Below, piece by piece: positions 57,487 through 64,000 of a stretch of DNA of 64,000 nucleotides (its first letter is position 1; every line of letters begins with the position of its first letter). Below the pieces are notes generated by a model that was given only the letters and a program-made list of their open reading frames with translations, ran no database searches and was not told the origin of the DNA. This DNA is from a virus. Lineage: Duplodnaviria; Caudoviricetes. Both the position numbers and the translations under genes were made by a program. The stretch is taken from the IMG/VR virus record IMGVR_UViG_3300047157_000186. One strand, 5' to 3'.

Positions 57487-58565
57487 AAAAGAACAAACAA
57501 TTTTTATATGATTACTTAAATGCTTATGCTCCAGTAGCACAGGAAACTGAAGGTCAAAAAATATGGACTGATTACATTAAACCGTTTTCTGATTTTTTGT
57601 ATACAGATGCATATGGAACTTCATACGGAGTTAGAAAATCTAAAACCAAATTTAATACTCAATTTCCAAAAGTAGTAATTGAAGCCCACTGTGATGAAAT
57701 TGCATGGATTATTACTAATATTGAAAAAGATGGTATGATTAGAGTTAGAAAACATGGAGGATCAGATAATATGATTGCACCTTCTAAGGCAGTAACTATT
57801 CATACACATGATGGAGAACAAGTTAAAGGTGTTTTTGGTTGGCCAGCAATTCATACGAGAGTTAAAAGAAAAGATTTAGGTTATGCTGATCATGAATTAT
57901 GGGTAGACACTGGATTAGATAGTTTAGAAAAAGTAAATGAAGCTGGTGTTGAAGTAGGATGTTTAATTACATTTGATGATCAATTACAAGAAATGGGCGA
58001 TTATTATGTAGGTAGAGCATTAGATAATAAGATAGGAGGTTATATTATAGCAGAGGTTCTTAGAAAAATACACAAAGAAGGTGTAGATTTGCCATTTGAT
58101 CTATATGTAGTTAATTCAGTACAAGAAGAAGTTGGATTATTTGGCGCTAAAAAAATTGCAAAAGAATTACAAGCTGATTTAGCATTAGTCACAGATGTTT
58201 GCCATAATACAGCAACACCAAAAATGGATAATGCAAAACATGGGCCAGTTGAAGGTGGTAAAGGACCATCATTAGAGTATGCATCTCAAAATCATAGAGG
58301 TATTTTAAACATGATCAAGAAAGTTGCAGAGAACAATAATATTCCACTTCAACATCATGTTGGTAGTTATGGAAATGATACTGTTGCATTCTTTTTAGAG
58401 AATACACCAACTGCTATTTTAGGTATGCCACTTAAATATATGCACTCAACTGTAGAAATGGCACATAAGAAAGATGTTAAGAATTGCATTGAATTATACG
58501 TTCATTTTCTTAAAAACTTGACACCTGAAAAAATAAATAAGATAAATAATAAGATAGATAATTAA
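57483..58565 (+). CDS. M42 family metallopeptidase
   Basis: IEAHCDEI, RALDNKIG, SVQEEVG, VTDV, PLKYMHS. Confidence 0.9.
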   Translation: MKKNKQFLYDYLNAYAPVAQETEGQKIWTDYIKPFSDFLYTDAYGTSYGVRKSKTKFNTQFPKVVIEAHCDEIAWIITNIEKDGMIRVRKHGGSDNMIAPSKAVTIHTHDGEQVKGVFGWPAIHTRVKRKDLGYADHELWVDTGLDSLEKVNEAGVEVGCLITFDDQLQEMGDYYVGRALDNKIGGYIIAEVLRKIHKEGVDLPFDLYVVNSVQEEVGLFGAKKIAKELQADLALVTDVCHNTATPKMDNAKHGPVEGGKGPSLEYASQNHRGILNMIKKVAENNNIPLQHHVGSYGNDTVAFFLENTPTAILGMPLKYMHSTVEMAHKKDVKNCIELYVHFLKNLTPEKINKINNKIDN

Positions 58566-58577
58566 AATACACACATT

Positions 58578-58877
58578 ATGAGCAAATTTAATACATTTTT
58601 AGCAGATCATGGTACAAAGATAGTAATTGCACTTTTAGTGCTTACTTATTTCAAATCATGTGGAATTGATTCTGACGTTGAAAAAATCAAAAAAGATTTA
58701 AGAGTAACCAATGCGGAAGTTGATTCTTTAACAAATAGATTAGAAACAAAAATCATTTCTGAACAAGATATGATTAGATTAATTAAAGAAGTTCCGGCTT
58801 GGAAAACTCTAAGAATTGAAGAGATATCAGACAAGGAAAGAATTTCAATTAACGCACTAGAAGAAAAAGAAGACTAA
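58578..58877 (+). CDS. Membrane-anchored or lipoprotein-like coiled-coil protein
   Basis: IVIALLVLTYFKSCG then heptads. Confidence 0.5.
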   Translation: MSKFNTFLADHGTKIVIALLVLTYFKSCGIDSDVEKIKKDLRVTNAEVDSLTNRLETKIISEQDMIRLIKEVPAWKTLRIEEISDKERISINALEEKED

Positions 58878-58878
58878 A

Positions 58879-59280
58879 ATGGCATCTGAGGATAAATCAC
58901 AAAATTATAACTCTGATATTGAGAGAATGGCTGAAAAATTAAATGTTCAACCACCTCAACCTATTGAAACACCAAAAGAAGAGACTGCTTCACAGTTAAG
59001 TCAAATTCTTTCAGGATGGGGCAATAGAGTTAAAGATGCATTCGGCATGTTAGATGACGAGACTAAAGCAATGAGTGAAGCTAGATTAAAACATTGTGAC
59101 GGATGTTATATGAGAACTAGTAATACATGTGATCCAAGAAAGTCTATGAAAAATAACGTTACTGGTCAAGTAGTAACAGGGTGTGGATGTAATATTTCTG
59201 CAAAATCAATGTCACGTATGTCTAGATGTCCTTTAGATAAATGGGATAAAATTGAACCCAAAATTTGGAAAAAACAATAA
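58879..59280 (+). CDS. Cys-rich hypothetical protein
   Basis: RLKHCDGC...C...GCGCNISAK...CPLDKW. Confidence 0.65.
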   Translation: MASEDKSQNYNSDIERMAEKLNVQPPQPIETPKEETASQLSQILSGWGNRVKDAFGMLDDETKAMSEARLKHCDGCYMRTSNTCDPRKSMKNNVTGQVVTGCGCNISAKSMSRMSRCPLDKWDKIEPKIWKKQ

Positions 59281-60364
59281 TATTATGAAAGATAAATTAG
59301 TAAAACGGTTTGTAATAGGAACGTTCGTATCTTTATACGCATTAGTTTCTGTTATATCAACAATACACGTAATAGATTTCTTTGAATTATCAAATCCATA
59401 TTGGTTAGCAGTAACTTTAGCAATTGGTTTTGAAATAGGTGCAGCAGCATCTCTAGCATCTCTAGTTATTTTAAAGAAAATGAATAAAACTATTGTATGG
59501 TCCTTATTCATAGCAATTACTTTGATGCAAATGCAAGGTAACATGTATTATGCATTTATTAATTTAGAAAATTTTACAGGATGGTCAGAATTATTTGATT
59601 TAATAGAAGAAGATCTTATTGACCAAAAAAGAATTTTAGCATTTGTATCAGGTGCTATTTTACCACTTATTGCTTTAGGATTTATTAAATCTTTAGTAGA
59701 CTATATAAAACCAGAAGATGAGGATGAGATTATATCAGAAGGTATTTTAGGAGATTTGAATAAAGAAGAAGATGTAACAGGATTTGATACTGTACCTTCT
59801 GAAGAATTCTTTGAAGATATTCTTGATAAACCAGGTGATAATATAATGCCAAGTGTCGATGTAGATGAAGAACTTGACGCATGGAGAGATATTTCAGATG
59901 AATTAACTGAATCCTACGGCCCTGATGAATACGATGCATATATTGATCGTCATGAGCCTGGTAGTTGGTTAAAGAATCCACCAGAAGATAATGAAGAATC
60001 ACATAGCGATCACTTGTATGAAGAACCAAATCTATCTAAAATAAAAGAATCTGTAGAAGAATGGGACGAAGATCATGCTCTTGATTTAGTAATGAATGAC
60101 ATGGTAAAAGATATGGATCTTGAGGATTTTGAAGAAGTTCAGCAAGAAGAACTTGATGGAGCTTCAGAAGAAAGTTCTACAGAATTTCAAGAACCTAATC
60201 CAACATCAGTTGGTGCTATAGTTCAAAAAATAGAAACACCACATTTACCGACAAACGAAGAATTAAAATCTAAAACTCAAGACGAACTTTGGAATGAAGC
60301 AATGGCTAAAAAAGCCAAAAAAGAGATGGAAGATTTTATAAAAAATAAGAATGCAAATAAGTAG
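59252..60364 (+). CDS. Multi-pass membrane protein with a long acidic C-terminal tail (start probably 59285)
   Basis: About four TM helices in the first 150 aa. Confidence 0.65.
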   Translation: MNPKFGKNNNIMKDKLVKRFVIGTFVSLYALVSVISTIHVIDFFELSNPYWLAVTLAIGFEIGAAASLASLVILKKMNKTIVWSLFIAITLMQMQGNMYYAFINLENFTGWSELFDLIEEDLIDQKRILAFVSGAILPLIALGFIKSLVDYIKPEDEDEIISEGILGDLNKEEDVTGFDTVPSEEFFEDILDKPGDNIMPSVDVDEELDAWRDISDELTESYGPDEYDAYIDRHEPGSWLKNPPEDNEESHSDHLYEEPNLSKIKESVEEWDEDHALDLVMNDMVKDMDLEDFEEVQQEELDGASEESSTEFQEPNPTSVGAIVQKIETPHLPTNEELKSKTQDELWNEAMAKKAKKEMEDFIKNKNANK

Positions 60365-60785
60365 ATTAAAGATTAACATAGAAGACGTTTACATTTCTAA
60401 GCCTTTAGAAAAAGAAACGTATATAAAGGTTATGTCTGAAAATCCAAATACAATTCATTCTCTATATCTAATAGCAAATGAATTGAAAGCAATGCATTAC
60501 TTTCTTTCTTTAGATGATCATCCAGATCATATAATATCTGCATATATACAAGTTCATCATGGATATTGTAATAAAGCTCGACAACAAATAGGTGCTATTA
60601 AAAGCATGTCTCACAAATTAAAAATCAGACCATATTATGTTATCAGATACAAGATTACTGATAAAAAAACTATGAAAGAGACATTTTCTTTTAGACATAA
60701 GAGTACCAGTAAAAATGAAATATATAAATTAATCAAAGTGTTTCATGATAAAACAGAAGAATTATGCAAAGTAAATACGTTTTAA
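60351..60785 (+). CDS. Hypothetical protein
   Basis: 144 aa. Confidence 0.5.
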   Translation: MQISRLKINIEDVYISKPLEKETYIKVMSENPNTIHSLYLIANELKAMHYFLSLDDHPDHIISAYIQVHHGYCNKARQQIGAIKSMSHKLKIRPYYVIRYKITDKKTMKETFSFRHKSTSKNEIYKLIKVFHDKTEELCKVNTF

Positions 60786-61735
60786 AAATAGGCCAAAGTG
60801 GAGATTTAGTTAGAATTCTTCAAGAACTTTTAGATTTAAAACCAGATGGCGTTTTTGGAAATAAAACTAAAACAAAAGTAATTGAGTTTCAAAAACAAAA
60901 TAAATTAACATCCGATGGAATTGTTGGACCAATGACATGGATGAAATTAGAATACAATCCACTGGAACTAGAAGCAGATACTGATTTAACAACCGGTGCA
61001 ACTTGGATCCAACAATATCCTTTACCAGAAGGTGAATACGTTTTACAAAAAACACACAAAGAATGGATATTCTTACATCACACTGCAGGAAGACACAATC
61101 CTAAAGCAGTAATTGATCAATGGTCAAGAGACCAAAGAGGTAGAGTAGGAACACATTATGTGATTGGAGGAATTGCTTCAGATAAAGATACTAATAATTT
61201 GACAGAAGAAGATTCTGAATGGGATGGTAAAATATTACAAGCAATCAAAGACGAATACTGGGGATATCATTTAGGATCTGTTAAATCTTCTAAAATGCAT
61301 AAAGGAAGTATTAGCATAGAAATATGTTCAGCAGGATTTTTAACAGAAAAAAATGGCAAGTTCTACACATGGTATGGTGCAGAAGTACATGAATCTCAGG
61401 TTTGTAGATTAGACACAGAATACAAAGGACATAGATATTATCACAAATATTCTAACTCACAAATAGAAGCTACTAAAGCACTTTTATTATTACTTTCAGA
61501 TAAACATGGAATCGATATTAATAAAGGTGTAAAAGAAATGTTAATGAAAAGTGTTGGACAATACGATAGACAAGCAGTATCTTATTTAGTTAATGGAAAT
61601 TCAAATGTTTTTGATTATAGTGAAGACTTGAGTTATGGTAAAACAAAAGGTATATTAACACATGGTCAAGTTAGAAAGGATAAATCAGATGTTTTTCCAC
61701 AAAGAGAATTAATGAATATGTTACTTAATTTGTAA
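60764..61735 (+). CDS. N-acetylmuramoyl-L-alanine amidase with N-terminal peptidoglycan-binding domain (endolysin)
   Basis: VRILQELL..PDGVFG.KT...FQK...DGIVGP; LHHTAG, SISIEIC, THGQVRKDKSD. Confidence 0.88.
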   Translation: MQSKYVLKIGQSGDLVRILQELLDLKPDGVFGNKTKTKVIEFQKQNKLTSDGIVGPMTWMKLEYNPLELEADTDLTTGATWIQQYPLPEGEYVLQKTHKEWIFLHHTAGRHNPKAVIDQWSRDQRGRVGTHYVIGGIASDKDTNNLTEEDSEWDGKILQAIKDEYWGYHLGSVKSSKMHKGSISIEICSAGFLTEKNGKFYTWYGAEVHESQVCRLDTEYKGHRYYHKYSNSQIEATKALLLLLSDKHGIDINKGVKEMLMKSVGQYDRQAVSYLVNGNSNVFDYSEDLSYGKTKGILTHGQVRKDKSDVFPQRELMNMLLNL

Positions 61736-61783
61736 TTGAAACAAATAAGTGATAAAATCATATAACTAGTAAATAATCACAAT

Positions 61784-61993
61784 ATGCAAAAAGTAAAAGA
61801 CGCTGAGGTAGAACAACCACAAATTTCACCATTTGAAGAGGTGAAAACAATGACAGACATACAAGCACTTAATATTTTAATACAAGCTGCAAACGCTGCA
61901 CAAGGAGCAGGAGCATTAAGTGTTAGAGATTCAGTATTTGTGGCTGCAGCTGCAGAATTATTAACTAAACCATTCGGTCAAAAACAAAAATAA
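61784..61993 (+). CDS. Small hypothetical protein
   Basis: After the middle promoter at 61738. Confidence 0.6.
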   Translation: MQKVKDAEVEQPQISPFEEVKTMTDIQALNILIQAANAAQGAGALSVRDSVFVAAAAELLTKPFGQKQK

Positions 61994-62386
61994 ATGAAAA
62001 TAGAAGTATCTAACGGAGAAATAATCGACAAGTACACAATCTTAGAGATTAAATTAGAACAAATTAAAGAACCATCAAAACTAGTTAACGTACAAAACGA
62101 GTTTGATTCTTTGAAACCAGTTGTAGATCAGATCTATAACGAAACACATGCACAAGAAGTTTTAGCAGAATTGAAACTAGATTTGCTTAATATCAATAAA
62201 ACACTTTGGAATATTGAAGATATAATTAGAGATCACGAACGTGAAGAGAGATTTGATTCTGATTTTATAGAATTAGCAAGATCTGTTTATTATACCAATG
62301 ATGAGAGAGCAGAAGTAAAAAAGCAAATCAATGAATTAACTGGTTCAGCGTTAGTAGAAGAAAAGTCTTATCAAGAATATAACTAG
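61994..62386 (+). CDS. DUF6165-like protein
   Basis: VSNGEIIDKYTILEIK, LWNIED, FIELARSVYYTNDERAEVKKQIN, EEKSY. Confidence 0.75.
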   Translation: MKIEVSNGEIIDKYTILEIKLEQIKEPSKLVNVQNEFDSLKPVVDQIYNETHAQEVLAELKLDLLNINKTLWNIEDIIRDHEREERFDSDFIELARSVYYTNDERAEVKKQINELTGSALVEEKSYQEYN

Positions 62387-62389
62387 CTT

Positions 62390-64000
62390 ATGTCAAAACA
62401 GGTTGCAATATGTATTGACACACCAGCGTTAGGTGATACTTTAGCCGCAATTCCTACTCTTAGGAAATTGTCAAAGGCATACGAGTCGCAACTTATAGTT
62501 TTCTCTAGTAAACCATTTTTATTTGAAAATCATCCACTAGTTTCTAAAGCACTAAAATTAGATGATCCTCTTAGAAACGATCCATCAATTAAAGTGTATC
62601 GTACATTTATGCCAATTGTTGGTAAAGCATATGATTTAAGGGGTGAGAAAGTAGAATTTAGATCATCGAACACAGACATTAGACAATTCCATGCCATATC
62701 TTTAGGGTTTAGTTTAACTCAAGAAGAAATGGAAATGGATTTGTATATTGAAAGAGAAAGAGAATTAGGACATGAAGATTATGTTATAATTCACCCTACA
62801 CATACTTGGCCAACTAGAACATGGGACCAACATAAATGGCAAGAATTAGTTGATAGATTAAATTCAAAAGGAATTCCTGTAGTTGCAGTAGGACGAGATT
62901 CAAAAGAAGTAGGAACATTTTCAGTAGATAAACCAGTAATGGATTTAAATATTAATTTAGGTGTTAATTTACTTAATGATCCTACTAATGATCCAGCAGA
63001 ATTACGATGGATGATGAATCATAAAGCTCGAGCTATAATTACAATGGATTCGGGCTTACTTCACATTGCAGGAACAACTGATGTTAATATTATTCAATTA
63101 GGCAGTTCTATAGATCCTAAATTAAGAGCACCATATAGAAAGGGTACACAAGATTATAAATATAAATATATTGCAGGTGGATGTGATATATTTTGTTCTA
63201 GTAACATGAAATATAATGTTAAGGAACATAATACTATTCAAGCCATTCCACCTCAAATTTATTGTTTAGAAAATAAACCTACATTTGAATGTCATCCATC
63301 AGTAGATAAAACATATAATGCTGTTTTAGATTTATATGATGATCTACCAATAAATCAAAAAACAGAAAGCATGGAAACTAAAAAGAAACTATTATTCTTA
63401 GCACCACATTTAAGTACAGGTGGAATGCCACAGTTTGTATTGAAAAGAGTAGAAGCGATGCTCGATGTTTCAGAATATGAAGTTCACTTAATAGAGTATA
63501 CACAATATAGTAATATCTATAATGTACAAAGAGATCAATTAATAGAAAAACTAGGCAATAACTTTCATACTATTGGATTCTTACAATCTATAGATATTAC
63601 AGAAAGAGGTCAAAAACTAATGGATAAAATATCTGAAATAGATCCAGATATTATTCACATAGATGAGTGTCCAGAATCTTTTGATAGTTTTAATAAATTA
63701 GATCAATCTGCAATGGATTGGTTATACAATAAAAAATGGAAAGTAGTAGAAACTTGCCACAATATTTGGTTTAATCCAGATAATAAAATAAATGATCCAG
63801 ATATGTACGCTTTATGTACACCATATCATTTAGAGACTTTCGCAAATAGAAATGGTTTAAAGCCAGTTATTGAATATCCTATTATCGATACCAAACCCTC
63901 AACTTTAGAAAGAGCAAAAGCAAGAGGTAAACTAGGATTGTCAATAGACAAGAAGCATATTTTAAATGTGGGTTTATGGACTTCTGGTAAAAACCAAAAA
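62390..64000 (+). CDS. Glycosyltransferase fusion (GT9/heptosyltransferase-like plus a second GT-B domain); runs off the window end
   Basis: ALGDTLAAIPTLRKL, IHP..TWPTRTW, TMDSGLLHIAG, then LFLAPHLSTGGMPQF and ILNVG; open for 537 codons, absent from the ORF track because no stop is reached. Confidence 0.85.
   Translation, partial: MSKQVAICIDTPALGDTLAAIPTLRKLSKAYESQLIVFSSKPFLFENHPLVSKALKLDDPLRNDPSIKVYRTFMPIVGKAYDLRGEKVEFRSSNTDIRQFHAISLGFSLTQEEMEMDLYIERERELGHEDYVIIHPTHTWPTRTWDQHKWQELVDRLNSKGIPVVAVGRDSKEVGTFSVDKPVMDLNINLGVNLLNDPTNDPAELRWMMNHKARAIITMDSGLLHIAGTTDVNIIQLGSSIDPKLRAPYRKGTQDYKYKYIAGGCDIFCSSNMKYNVKEHNTIQAIPPQIYCLENKPTFECHPSVDKTYNAVLDLYDDLPINQKTESMETKKKLLFLAPHLSTGGMPQFVLKRVEAMLDVSEYEVHLIEYTQYSNIYNVQRDQLIEKLGNNFHTIGFLQSIDITERGQKLMDKISEIDPDIIHIDECPESFDSFNKLDQSAMDWLYNKKWKVVETCHNIWFNPDNKINDPDMYALCTPYHLETFANRNGLKPVIEYPIIDTKPSTLERAKARGKLGLSIDKKHILNVGLWTSGKNQK

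Overview
64 kb of an AT-rich jumbo or mega bacteriophage genome with T4-like morphogenesis genes. The host is probably Bacteroidota (Flavobacteriia), inferred from Hc1-like, TIGR03643-like and M42 genes. Almost every gene is on the + strand. Bases 1-29.3k are a head/packaging/tail module: gp46 end, gp15, gp55-like late sigma, gp4, gp2, portal, protease-scaffold fusion, major capsid, clamp loader, RNase H, neck, terminases, sheath, tube, gp26/gp51-like and tape measure. Several of these genes are split by single-base indels that look like assembly errors. Bases 29.4-64k are accessory: 9 canonical tRNAs, an HNH endonuclease, ECF sigma, DNA ligase, CCA-adding enzyme, Fpg, glycosyl- and methyltransferases, lysis enzymes and many small ORFs. 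Three promoter classes can be read from the sequence: early TATATTAG, middle (G/T)AAAC-N17-TATAA and late GATATATA. They suggest a cascade from early promoters to the ECF sigma to the gp55-like sigma. The most unusual signal is a putative tRNA-mimic/tRNA-repair system. It comprises two non-canonical tRNA-like RNAs sharing AATTGGTTA exactly 3 nt before a T-arm, several other structured RNAs (one about 425 nt, GOLLD/ROOL-like in context), and a late-expressed CCA-adding enzyme with what looks like a capsid-targeting N-terminus. All calls were made by eye, with no database searches or folding software.
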